A stretch of DNA of 64,000 nt from an uncultured Halobacteria archaeon (GCA_963847565.1 CAWKAE010000013.1:15757-79756); one strand, 5' to 3'; positions 42,301 to 51,291 are shown, counted from the first letter of the stretch. Made by a program: numbers and translations. Notes: a model not told the origin generated them from the letters alone.

Positions 42301-44258
42301 AACACAACGTCGCTTCACTGGTCAGCGGCGACGGCGCCTGCCTGGGTTGCGGCGAGAAGACCGTACTGCGACTGTTCACCGCCACTGTCACCGCGTTGAT
42401 GCAGACGCGCGTGACACGCCAGGTCGCGAAGATCGATGACCTGGTCGAGCGCCTCGAACATCATATTCGCCTGCGACTGGCCGAGGGCATGGACCTCGAT
42501 GACACGGACGCCATCAACGCGGTACTGGCTGCACACCGCGACAGCGACCTCAGCCTGTCGGAACTGTCCGGTGAGCTTGATGCAGCACATGCCGCCGAGC
42601 CGGTGGACACCCACTGGTTTGGCTTTGCCACCGGTCTGCTGAAGAAGTTGCGGCATCTGAAATGGCAATACACGCAGGGCGAGACCGGCCAGGGTCGCGC
42701 CGCCATGGGCATCACCAATGCCACCGGCTGCTCGTCGGTGTGGGGTTCCACCTATCCCTTCAACCCCTACCCGTTCCCATGGGCAAACCACCTGTTCCAG
42801 GATGCACCGTCGCTGGCAATGGGTGTCTTCCAGGGCCACATGGAGAGGATGGCGGAAGGTTTCACAGCGGTACGCCTCGCCGAGCTGGAGCTGGCCGGCA
42901 CGTACAATCCGCAGGAACATGACGAGTTCTTTACCTACTTCACCTGGAAACAATTCAGCGAGGAGGAGTGGCTACTTTGCCCGCCGGTGGTCGCCATCGG
43001 CGGCGACGGCGCCATGTACGATATCGGTTTCCAGAACCTTTCCAGGGCACTGATATCGGAAATGCCGATCAAGGTCGTCGTGCTGGACACGCAGGTATAT
43101 TCCAACACCGGCGGCCAGGCCTGCACATCCGGGTTCACCGGCCAGGTCTCCGACATGGCCGGTTTCGGCAAGGTCTGGAAGGGTAAGCCGGAGATCCGCA
43201 AGGAACTGGGGCTGATTGCCATGGCGCACCGCAACGCCTACGTCATGCAGGGCTCTTCAGCCAACGTTACACATCTGCTGGAGGGCTTCATCGAAGGCCT
43301 CAATACCAGGCGCCCGGCAATGTTCAATATCTACACACCCTGCATGCCGGAACACGGCATCGGTGATGAGTCTGCTGAAAACCAGAGCCGGCTGGCACTG
43401 GAATCGCGCGCCTACCCGCTGTTCCGCTTTGATCCGGATGCCGGTACGACCTACGAGGAATGTCTCGACATCGACGGCAATCCCGCTATCGACGATGACT
43501 GGCCCAGTTACACCCTGCGCTACAAGGACGAGGATGGCAACGAGGCCACGCTCGAGCTGCCAATGACCTTCGCCGATTTCGCCGTTACCGAGGGTCGCTT
43601 CCTCAAACACTTCCGCAAGGCACCGCGTGACACCTGGAACGACGACATGGTGCCATTGCATGAATTCATGGAACTGGACGCGGACGACCGCGAGGACCGC
43701 TACCCTTACATCTGGGGCGTGGATGCCAGGAACCAGCTGATGCGGGTCATGGTGACCGCCGAGCTGGTGCGCTCCTGCCAGGACAGGCTGGACTACTGGC
43801 GGTTACTCAGATCGCTCACCGGGACCTGCAAGACACTCGACGAGGACACGATCACAAACCGGGTCCGCACCGAGATGGCACAGCAACTCTCCGCCAGTCT
43901 GCTGGGCCTGGTCTCCGCGGGCGATACCGCCAGCCTGCTGGATACCACTGGCACCCCGGCTGCGGGCGACACCGCCACGGGCGCGGCGACGGCCGCGCCC
44001 GCCGGCGACTACGAACCGGTCTGGGTCGACACCCCCGAATGCGAAGCCTGCGACGAGTGCACCAGGATCAACCCGAAGATATTCGCCTACAACGCGGAGA
44101 AAAAGGCGGTCGTCACCAACCCGCGCGGCGGACCATACCGCGACATCGTCCGCGCGGCCGAGAAGTGTACCGCCGAGTGCATCCATCCCGGCACGCCGTT
44201 CGATATGAGCGAGAAGGATATCGACAAGCTGGTCAAGCGGGCAGAAAAGTTCCAGTGA
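39330..44258 (+). CDS. Large single-chain 2-oxoacid (probably pyruvate):ferredoxin oxidoreductase with C-terminal ferredoxin
   Basis: YPITPST, GGWGAITTGK, two CxxCxxCxxxC motifs, GACLGCGE, ATGCSSVWG, TPP motif GGDG...DTQVYSNTGGQ, terminal CEACDEC...C. Confidence 0.92.
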   Translation: MPKKTAAQQFKYPGTRMAMDGNTAVIMCERESSDAAGAYPITPSTQMGEYWAEEAARGHLNISGRPLIFVEPEGEHAAAAVTAGMSMSGLRASNFSSAQGIAYMHESLYAAVGKRLPYVLNMGCRAMTKSSLNVHCGHDDYHCIDDTGFTQVLGKNAQEAADLNLIGRRLAELSLTPAVVAQDGFLTTHLIEPLQVPERELIAEFLGRPDDIIDCPTPAQRLIYGATRRRIPELWSVDNPIMAGPVENQDSYMQSVAAQRPYFFEHVAVIAEQVMDEYYRLTGRRYRRVSGYRMDDAEYVILGQGSMIVQAEAVADYLRETRQLKVGVVNVTMYRPFPGDLLGSILKGRQGVAVLERTDQPQAEDLPLMREVRAALSKCLENGAVTGGQSPYAGYASYRIGDMPRLYSGCYGLGSRDLQPEALVAAIENMLPDGTHKPFYYLSVDFVHDTPANPKQEIYQQNLVDAYPRLRDLTIHGSENPDLTPKGSTTVRMHSVGGWGAITTGKNLAMTLFDLLGFDIKANPKYGSEKKGQPTTYYLSAAPEPIRLNCEYHYVDVVLSPDPNVFGHSNPLAGLKHGGVFIIQSSLADADAVWASFPRSARQQIIDNELQVFFLDGFRIAHDEASNPDLQYRMQGNAFQGAFFAASPLMQQAGLDEAGLFDAIDKQLRHKFGGKGERIVQDNLRVVRRGFDEIQEITDKVLGAASQEPQRKPAGLPVMLKRMPEGSGGISDIHRFWEQTGSFYMNGQGNENLADPFIGLGVMPACTGVFRDMTQIRFKYPEYNPENCTACGNCFTICPDSAIPGLVNSIDDVFNTAISRIETGGQLTLHLRRAVRDVEKRLRTLIEPVGEVAEVDKLLDQAVVTTLAESTLEGDSRARLEEEFGWFQQAIGDFQFAVTKPYYTNREKKAKNSGGLFSVTINPYTCKGCMECVEVCDDDALVATPQTPEAIDRLRRDWEFWLDLPTTRPEYIRIDDLDERIGALETLLLDKHNVASLVSGDGACLGCGEKTVLRLFTATVTALMQTRVTRQVAKIDDLVERLEHHIRLRLAEGMDLDDTDAINAVLAAHRDSDLSLSELSGELDAAHAAEPVDTHWFGFATGLLKKLRHLKWQYTQGETGQGRAAMGITNATGCSSVWGSTYPFNPYPFPWANHLFQDAPSLAMGVFQGHMERMAEGFTAVRLAELELAGTYNPQEHDEFFTYFTWKQFSEEEWLLCPPVVAIGGDGAMYDIGFQNLSRALISEMPIKVVVLDTQVYSNTGGQACTSGFTGQVSDMAGFGKVWKGKPEIRKELGLIAMAHRNAYVMQGSSANVTHLLEGFIEGLNTRRPAMFNIYTPCMPEHGIGDESAENQSRLALESRAYPLFRFDPDAGTTYEECLDIDGNPAIDDDWPSYTLRYKDEDGNEATLELPMTFADFAVTEGRFLKHFRKAPRDTWNDDMVPLHEFMELDADDREDRYPYIWGVDARNQLMRVMVTAELVRSCQDRLDYWRLLRSLTGTCKTLDEDTITNRVRTEMAQQLSASLLGLVSAGDTASLLDTTGTPAAGDTATGAATAAPAGDYEPVWVDTPECEACDECTRINPKIFAYNAEKKAVVTNPRGGPYRDIVRAAEKCTAECIHPGTPFDMSEKDIDKLVKRAEKFQ

Positions 44259-44318
44259 GACCGTCCTGCGACAGCATGAGCCACGGTCACAGGGCACGGC
44301 CTGTCTACGGGTGAATCC

Positions 44319-45659
44319 ATGATTCTGCGTAAGCTGTTTCGGCGTAACACCTTCGAGCATGGCGTGCATCCCGCGGAGCACAAGGAACTGACCTGCGGTC
44401 TGCCCATCCGCCGTCTGCCATTTGCCCGACAACTGATCCTGCCCCTGTCACAGCATGCCGGCAATCCATCCATAGCACTGGTAAGGCCCGGCCAGGAGGT
44501 GGTGCGCGGCGAGCCCATTGCCCGCGCAGATGGTTTCATGTCGGTCCCCATGCACGCACCGGCCACCGGCAAGGTGGAAGCCATCCAGCTGATGCCCAGC
44601 GCGCGCGGGCCAAAAACCCTGTCCATCCTCCTGCACGTCTACGCGGGTTCCAGCCAGGACGTGCTGTACGGTGCATCCCGCGATATCGACCACATGACAC
44701 CGGACGAGATCATCCAGGCGGTACAGGACGCCGGCATGGTCGGCCTTGGCGGCGCGGCCTTCCCGACCCACGTCAAGATGAAGCCACCGCCGGAACACAG
44801 CGTCGACACCCTGGTGGTCAACGGCTGCGAGTGCGAACCCTACCTGACCTGCGACCACCGGCTGATGCTTGAACAGACCGGCAACCTGCTGGCCGGCATT
44901 CGCATCGTGATGCGCGCGCTCGGGGTGGAACGCTGCATGATCGGGATCGAGGACAACAAGCTGGATGCCGTGGCCGCGATTGCTGCACAGCTACCGGATA
45001 ACGGGCCGGTCAGTGTGCATGCCGTGGAGACCAAGTATCCGCAGGGTGCCGAGAAGATGCTGATCGAGAGCCTGCTGGGACGGCGCGTGCCAACAGGCGC
45101 GTTTCCGTCCGCGGTCGGCGTCAGTGTTTTCAACGTCAGCACCCTGACCCAGATCGGCGAACTGCTGCCCCTGGGTCGCGGTGTTATCGAGCGTGTCGTC
45201 ACGGTCAGCGGCAGCGGTGTGCAGCATCCCGGCAACTACCTGGTGCCGGTCGGCACACCGGTGCGTTTCCTGCTGCAGCACGCCGGTACTACACCGCGCA
45301 CCCAGGAACTGATCCTCGGCGGCCCCATGATGGGCATGTCGGTTGCCTCGCTTGATGTGCCGGTTACCAAGGCCGTCTCGGGGATGGTGCTGATGGAGGA
45401 AACCGACGCCGATTTAGGCAATCGTCCCGTGCAGCCATGCATCCGCTGCGCCTGGTGTGTCGAAGCCTGCCCCATGCACCTCAACCCGTCGACACTGGGA
45501 TTGCTGGCGAGCAAACGTGAATACGCCCGCATGGCAGACGAGTTTCACCTCAACGACTGCTTCGAGTGTGGCTGCTGCAGCTACGTCTGCCCTGCCAATA
45601 TTCCGCTGGTGCAGTATTTCCGCATTGCCAAGGCCATCAACCGGGAGCAGGCGGCATGA
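44319..45659 (+). CDS. rnfC: Rnf subunit C (cluster 2)
   Basis: GVHP, GLGGAAFPT, NGCECEPYLT, YPQGAEK, GGPMMG, two 4Fe-4S motifs. Confidence 0.95.
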   Translation: MILRKLFRRNTFEHGVHPAEHKELTCGLPIRRLPFARQLILPLSQHAGNPSIALVRPGQEVVRGEPIARADGFMSVPMHAPATGKVEAIQLMPSARGPKTLSILLHVYAGSSQDVLYGASRDIDHMTPDEIIQAVQDAGMVGLGGAAFPTHVKMKPPPEHSVDTLVVNGCECEPYLTCDHRLMLEQTGNLLAGIRIVMRALGVERCMIGIEDNKLDAVAAIAAQLPDNGPVSVHAVETKYPQGAEKMLIESLLGRRVPTGAFPSAVGVSVFNVSTLTQIGELLPLGRGVIERVVTVSGSGVQHPGNYLVPVGTPVRFLLQHAGTTPRTQELILGGPMMGMSVASLDVPVTKAVSGMVLMEETDADLGNRPVQPCIRCAWCVEACPMHLNPSTLGLLASKREYARMADEFHLNDCFECGCCSYVCPANIPLVQYFRIAKAINREQAA

Positions 45660-46711
45660 CCGGAAGCCGGCTGAAGATCGAGCTGCGCACCTCGCCGCAC
45701 CTTAAACAGGCGGTGACGGTCGAACAGATCATGCGCAACGTGGTGTATGCCCTGCTGCCGGTTTGCGTGTTTGCCGTGTATGCCTTCGGTATCAGCGTGC
45801 TGGCACTGCTGATGGTAACCACCCTCACCTGCATCCTGTGTGAATCACTGTTTTGCCGACTCAGTGGACGGCCGGACACGGTGAATGACTGGAGCATCAC
45901 CATCACCGGCCTGCTGCTGGCGCTGACGCTGCCCCCCGGCTTCCCGCTGTGGATGGCCGTTGTCGCTGCAGTGGTTGCAGTCGGCCTCGGCAAGGCCCTG
46001 TTCGGTGGTCTCGGCAGCAACGTGATGAACCCGGCCCTGGTCGGTCGCGCCTTCGTGCAGGCCGCCTTCCCGGTCGCGATCACCACCTGGACACCGGCCT
46101 TCATGGAGGGACGTTTTACACAGTTCATACCCTCCACCCTGACCCTGCCCTTCATGCAGCCAGCGGACATCAGCGACTGGCTGTCGCACTCGCAACTGGA
46201 CGGTTTTACCGGGGCAACACCACTGGCACTGCAGAAGTTCGAGCAGATCACTACCCCGGCCCTTGACCTGCTGACCGGGATGACAGCCGGCTCGGCCGGC
46301 GAGACCTCCGCGGTGCTCATACTCATCGGCGGACTGTATCTCGCGGCACGCCGCATGCTGGACTGGCGCATCCCGACCGGAGTGCTGCTGGGCGCCGTGC
46401 TGACCAGCCTGCCCTTCTGGCTAATGGACGCGCAGCAATACCCGTCGCCGCTGTTCGTACTATTGTCCGGCGGCCTCATGCTGGGTGCCGTGTTCATGGC
46501 CAGCGACATGGTGGCCTCGCCGGTGACGCCGCTGGGTGTATGGATCTACAGCCTGTTTATCGGTGCGCTGACCGTGGTCATTCGGCTGTTCGGCGGACTG
46601 ACCGAGGGGGTCATGTACGCCATCCTGCTGGGCAACGCGCTCTCGCCGCTGATCGCCACCATCTCCCAGCCGCGGGTCTTCGGCGGCGCCCGTCGCGGGG
46701 TAAAGTCATGA
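45656..46711 (+). CDS. rnfD: Rnf subunit D (cluster 2)
   Basis: SPH, GGLGSNVMNPALVGR, flavinylation motif TGATPL, GETS. Confidence 0.95.
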   Translation: MTGSRLKIELRTSPHLKQAVTVEQIMRNVVYALLPVCVFAVYAFGISVLALLMVTTLTCILCESLFCRLSGRPDTVNDWSITITGLLLALTLPPGFPLWMAVVAAVVAVGLGKALFGGLGSNVMNPALVGRAFVQAAFPVAITTWTPAFMEGRFTQFIPSTLTLPFMQPADISDWLSHSQLDGFTGATPLALQKFEQITTPALDLLTGMTAGSAGETSAVLILIGGLYLAARRMLDWRIPTGVLLGAVLTSLPFWLMDAQQYPSPLFVLLSGGLMLGAVFMASDMVASPVTPLGVWIYSLFIGALTVVIRLFGGLTEGVMYAILLGNALSPLIATISQPRVFGGARRGVKS

Positions 46712-47406
46712 ACCAGCCCGCAACACCACAGGCCATTCCGGCCACACTCACCGTCCCGATGCTGCGCACCCTGGGGCTGGTGGCCGCGCTATCAGGTTTC
46801 CTGGTTGTGCTGGCCCATCACCTCAGCCTGCCGCTGATCGAGGAAAACAAGCGCATCGCCATCGAGCGTGCGCTGTTCAAGGTGATACCGGGCGCGGTCA
46901 CACGCCGCGACTACCTGCTCACTGCGACCGGCATGGAGCCGCTCGGTGAAACAGTACCGGACCAGGGTATGCATCTGTATGCCGGCTATGACGCACAAGA
47001 CCGGCTTGCCGGTGTTGCGCTGGAGACGGCCGCGCAGGGCTACCAGGACGTGATCCGCATCCTCTACAGTTACGATCCCGCCTGCGAATGCATTCGCGGT
47101 ATACAGGTCCTGAAGATGGCGGAGACGCCGGGGATCGGCGACAAGATCGCCAAAGACCCCGACTTTCTGCAGAATTTCGCGGCACTGGATGCCCGGGTGG
47201 ATGCCACTGGCAACGGCTTGGCCCATGCTATCGTCAGCGTCAAGAGCGGCAGCAAGACCGAACCCTGGCAGATCGATGCCATCTCCGGTGCAACCATCTC
47301 GTCCAAGGCCGTCGCGCGCATGCTCAACGACAGCGCACAACAGGCCGCGCCCGTGATCATTCGCCACCTTCATGTATTACAGAAACCCGCAGGGACCGCG
47401 CCATGA
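46708..47406 (+). CDS. rnfG: Rnf subunit G (cluster 2)
   Basis: GYQD, ETPGIGD, DAISGATISS. Confidence 0.92.
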   Translation: MNQPATPQAIPATLTVPMLRTLGLVAALSGFLVVLAHHLSLPLIEENKRIAIERALFKVIPGAVTRRDYLLTATGMEPLGETVPDQGMHLYAGYDAQDRLAGVALETAAQGYQDVIRILYSYDPACECIRGIQVLKMAETPGIGDKIAKDPDFLQNFAALDARVDATGNGLAHAIVSVKSGSKTEPWQIDAISGATISSKAVARMLNDSAQQAAPVIIRHLHVLQKPAGTAP

Positions 47407-48062
47407 GCCTGCCCGCAAAACACGAGACGGTAACGGCAGACACCTTCCTGCGCGGGCTGTGGCAGGAGAACCCGGTGTTCGTCATGCTGCTGGGCATGTG
47501 CCCGGTGCTCGCGGTGACCAACTCCGCCATCAATGCCCTGGCGATGGGGCTGGCGACGACCTTTGTGCTGCTGTGCTCCAGCAGCCTGGTGTCGTTGCTG
47601 CGCAAACAGATTCCGAAACAGGTCCGCATCGCCACCTACATCATTATCATCGCTACCTTCGTCACCATGGTGGACTATGCCATCCAGGCCATCAGCCTGG
47701 ACCTGTACAACGCACTTGGCGCATTTATCCAGCTCATCGTGGTCAACTGCATGATTCTCGGACGGGCCGAGGCCTATGCCTCGAAACAGCGACTGGGCGC
47801 CACCCTGGTCAATGGCCTGGGCATGGGTGTCGGGTTTACCATCGCACTGCTCTGCCTCGGCGCGGTGCGTGAAATCCTCGGCGCCGGCAGCCTGTTCGGT
47901 GTGCAACTGTTTTCCGACAACTTCCAGCCCTGGGTGGTCATGATCCTGCCACCAGGCGGATTCTTCGTACTCGGCGCCTGGCTGCTGGTGTTTGCGTGGT
48001 ACCGGCAGCGGCGCGAGCGGCGCCTGACGGAACATGCGGAGGTGACAGCCGATGTCCGGTGA
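47403..48062 (+). CDS. rnfE: Rnf subunit E (cluster 2)
   Basis: ENPVFVMLLGMCPVLAV, LIVVNCMILGRAE, LPPGGF. Confidence 0.95.
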   Translation: MSLPAKHETVTADTFLRGLWQENPVFVMLLGMCPVLAVTNSAINALAMGLATTFVLLCSSSLVSLLRKQIPKQVRIATYIIIIATFVTMVDYAIQAISLDLYNALGAFIQLIVVNCMILGRAEAYASKQRLGATLVNGLGMGVGFTIALLCLGAVREILGAGSLFGVQLFSDNFQPWVVMILPPGGFFVLGAWLLVFAWYRQRRERRLTEHAEVTADVR

Positions 48063-48642
48063 ATCACTGGGTTTCATCTTTCTGAATGCCGCGGTAATCA
48101 ACAACTTCGTGCTCGCGCTGTTCCTCGGCATCTGTCCGTTCCTCGGCGTTTCGGCCAAGCGAGCGACTGCATGGAACATGGGGCTTGCCGTGATCTTTGT
48201 CATGCTGGTCAGCTCGATCAGCGCCTACGGTATTAACTGGCTGCTGACCCGCTTCGAGATCGAGTTCCTGCGGCTGATCTGCTTTATCGCGGTCATCGCC
48301 TCCGCCGTGCAACTGGTGGAAATGACTATGAAGAAATTCAGCCCGGCGCTGTTCCGTGCGCTGGGTATCTTCCTGCCGCTGATTACCACCAACTGTGCCA
48401 TCCTCGGTGTCGCCCTGTTTCAAACCTTCCGCGAGTACAGCTTCCTGCAATGTCTCGCCTTCAGCCTGGGTGCCGGCGTCGGCTTTACACTCGCGCTGAT
48501 GCTGATGGCCGGACTGCGCGAACGAGTGGAACTGTCGCGCGTACCGGACGTCAGCCAGGGCGCAGCGATGACGCTGATGCTCGCCGGACTGCTGTCGCTG
48601 GCCTTCATGGGCTTTGCCGGGCTGGGAGGTCAGCATGCTTGA
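48052..48642 (+). CDS. rnfA: Rnf subunit A (cluster 2)
   Basis: [37 protein letters not shown]. Confidence 0.95.
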   Translation: MSGESLGFIFLNAAVINNFVLALFLGICPFLGVSAKRATAWNMGLAVIFVMLVSSISAYGINWLLTRFEIEFLRLICFIAVIASAVQLVEMTMKKFSPALFRALGIFLPLITTNCAILGVALFQTFREYSFLQCLAFSLGAGVGFTLALMLMAGLRERVELSRVPDVSQGAAMTLMLAGLLSLAFMGFAGLGGQHA

Positions 48643-48823
48643 TATGCTGATCGCCGCGGGCGTGATACTGCTGGTGCTGCTCGGCTGGATTGCTGTACAA
48701 CAGGGCGCACGCGAATTTGCCGAGCGGCACCCGGAATTCGGCCCGGCGCGCGAGGATGGCGAGGGCTGCGGCGCGGGCTGCAACTGCTGCGGCGGCCAGT
48801 GCACACGGCGCAACGAACAATGA
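48635..48823 (+). CDS. 62-aa single-TM Cys-rich microprotein
   Basis: GGAGG RBS, overlaps the rnfA stop; TM helix then GCGAGCNCCGGQC. Confidence 0.8.
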   Translation: MLDMLIAAGVILLVLLGWIAVQQGAREFAERHPEFGPAREDGEGCGAGCNCCGGQCTRRNEQ

Positions 48824-48851
48824 CACTCACTACCGCATGGAGAATAGCAAC

Positions 48852-49718
48852 ATGACCCGGCTAAGTGACTACGACACCAGTCGCACAAGCGAGGCGCTGG
48901 TAATAGAAAGCCACCGCATCACGTCAAAAGACGCCCCGGAGGTGCGCAGCATCCTGCTGAGCGTTTCTCACCCTGACTTCAACTATCGCGAGGGTCAGAA
49001 CATCGGCATTACCGTGCCCGGTGCGCAGGCATTTGGCAAGGAGCAGCACTTCCGCCTCTACACCATCGCCAATACACCGCGGCAGAGCGAGGGTGGCGAA
49101 GTCGAGATCGAGCTGTGTGTGCGGCGCTGCTTCTACATAGACGAGGTCAGTGGCGAGGAATACCCCGGGTTGGCCTCCAGCTTCCTCTGTGATGCCAGGC
49201 CCGGTGACCGTATTAACTTCACCGGTCCCTACGGGGATGCCTTCCGCATTCCGGAAGACCCCGCGACCAACCTGCTGATGATCGGCACCGGCACCGGCAT
49301 CGCGCCGTTTCGGGCCTTCATCCAGCACATCTACGAAAAGCAACCGCACTGGCAGGGCCAGGTACGACTGTTCTACGGTGCACGCACCGGTACCGAGACG
49401 CTGTATCGCAATGACCTCAAGGATGACCTGTCCAACTACTACGACCGCGATTCCTTTGAGGCCTTCGAGGGTCTCAGCAAGCGGCCATGGATGGACCGGG
49501 AAGATACCGGACTCAGCGAGGTGCTGGAAAACAATGCCGCTGCCATCTGGGACCTGATGCAGGACCCCAGGACCCATGTTTATATCGCCGGCCTGCCGAA
49601 GACCGCAGAGGATTTTTACCGCGCCATGACCGGCGTGGCCGGTTCCACGGCACGCTGGCGCTGGACACGCGAGGAAATGATGGAACAGGGACGCTGGTCG
49701 GAGTTGCTGTACAGCTAG
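48852..49718 (+). CDS. Ferredoxin--NAD(P)+ reductase-like flavoprotein (plant-type FNR/BoxA-like)
   Basis: YREGQNIG, RLYTIA, CVRR, GLASSFLCD, TGPYG, GTGTGIAPFR, LFYGAR. Confidence 0.88.
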   Translation: MTRLSDYDTSRTSEALVIESHRITSKDAPEVRSILLSVSHPDFNYREGQNIGITVPGAQAFGKEQHFRLYTIANTPRQSEGGEVEIELCVRRCFYIDEVSGEEYPGLASSFLCDARPGDRINFTGPYGDAFRIPEDPATNLLMIGTGTGIAPFRAFIQHIYEKQPHWQGQVRLFYGARTGTETLYRNDLKDDLSNYYDRDSFEAFEGLSKRPWMDREDTGLSEVLENNAAAIWDLMQDPRTHVYIAGLPKTAEDFYRAMTGVAGSTARWRWTREEMMEQGRWSELLYS

Positions 49719-49805
49719 GACCGGCAGGCAAGCCCGCTGGCAGTTGTTGCGCGACTCCTGCAGCCGTCAGCCCGGCAGCAGGAATGCTCCCCGGGGTGAC
49801 GACTG

Positions 49806-51022
49806 CTAGCCCTTGCGCTTCAGACGTGCCTCGATGCGCATGCGCAGCGCATTCAGGCGAATGAAGCCCTCCGCATCCTTCTGGTCATAGGCGCCCTCAT
49901 CCTCTTCAAAGGTCGCAATGCGTTCGTCAAACAGACTGTCGGAATCCGACTGTCTGCCAACCAGTGTCACGTTGCCCTTGTAGAGTTTCAGCCGCACCTT
50001 GCCGTTGACATGTTCCTGGGATGCATCAATCAACTGCTGCAGCAGGCGTCTTTCCGGGCTCCACCAGTAACCGTTATAGACCATCGAGGCATAGCGCGGC
50101 ATCAGTTCATCCTTCATATGCGCCACCTCTCGATCCAGCGTCAATGACTCCATCGCGCGGTGCGCCTTCAGCAGGATGGTGCCGGCCGGTGTTTCATAGC
50201 AGCCGCGGGATTTCATACCAACGTAGCGGTTCTCGACGATATCCGAACGACCGATGCCGTTACTGCCGCCAAGACTGTTCAGCGTCTTCATGATATCGGC
50301 CGGTGCAGTCGGTTACCGTCGAGTGCAACCGGGTCGCCGCGTTCGAATGTGATCTCGACATAGGTGGGCTTGTCCGGCGCCGCTTCGGGCGAGACCGTCC
50401 ACAGCCACATGTCCTCCTCCGGTTCCGCCCACGGGTCTTCAAGGATGCCGCCTTCGTAGGAAATGTGCAGCGAGTTGGCGTCCATGGAATACGGTGACTT
50501 CTTGCCCTGCTTCATTTCCACCGGGATGCCACGCTTCTCCGCATAGGCCATCAGCGTCTCGCGCGAGGTCAGGTCCCATTCACGCCACGGCGCGATGATT
50601 TTTATGTCCGGGTTAAGCGCGTAGGCACCCAGTTCAAAACGCACCTGGTCATTGCCCTTGCCGGTCGCACCGTGCGCAATGGCATCCGCGCCGGTTTCCC
50701 GGGCAATCTCGACCAGTCGTTTCGCGATCAACGGACGCGCAATCGACGTGCCCAGCAGGTACTCGCCCTCGTAAATGGTATTGGCGCGGAACATCGGAAA
50801 CACGTAGTCACGCGCGAACTCCTCGGTGAGGTCCTCGATGAAGATTTCCTTCACGCCCATCGCCTGCGCCTTCTCGCGCGCCGGCTCGATCTCCTCGCCC
50901 TGCCCGACATCGGCGGTAAACGTGACCACTTCGCAGTCGTACGTTTCTTCCAGCCATTTAAGGATGACCGACGTATCGAGACCGCCGGAATAGGCCAGTA
51001 CCACTTTCTTTACTTCTGACAT
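49806..51022 (-). CDS. argG: Argininosuccinate synthase (apparent frameshift near 50300)
   Basis: [37 protein letters not shown]. Confidence 0.97.
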
Positions 51023-51075
51023 CGTCTAGTCCTGCTTGTGAATGATATTTCGTATATAAATCTCAACACCTGTAA

Positions 51076-51273
51076 TTCACCGCAAAGGCGCGAAGGACGC
51101 AAAGAAAACCGATTGCCCTGACACAATCGCCCCCTCCCCCCAAGGGTGAAGGGTTGGGGAGAGGGAAGCTGATTGAACAGGTTTAATGGTGATCCCCTCT
51201 CCCTGCCCCTCTCCCGGGGGGAGAGGGAACGGTTGTTTGCAGCAATTAAGCTTCTTTGCGCCTTTGCGGTGAA
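51076..51273. repeat. Composite REP-like element B: 20-bp CGCAAAG-type inverted ends around a CCCTCTCCC doublet (51130-51227)
   Basis: TTCACCGCAAAGGCGCGAAG ... CTTTGCGCCTTTGCGGTGAA (19/20 inverted match). Confidence 0.85.
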
Positions 51274-51291
51274 GTAGCGTCAAACCAACAA

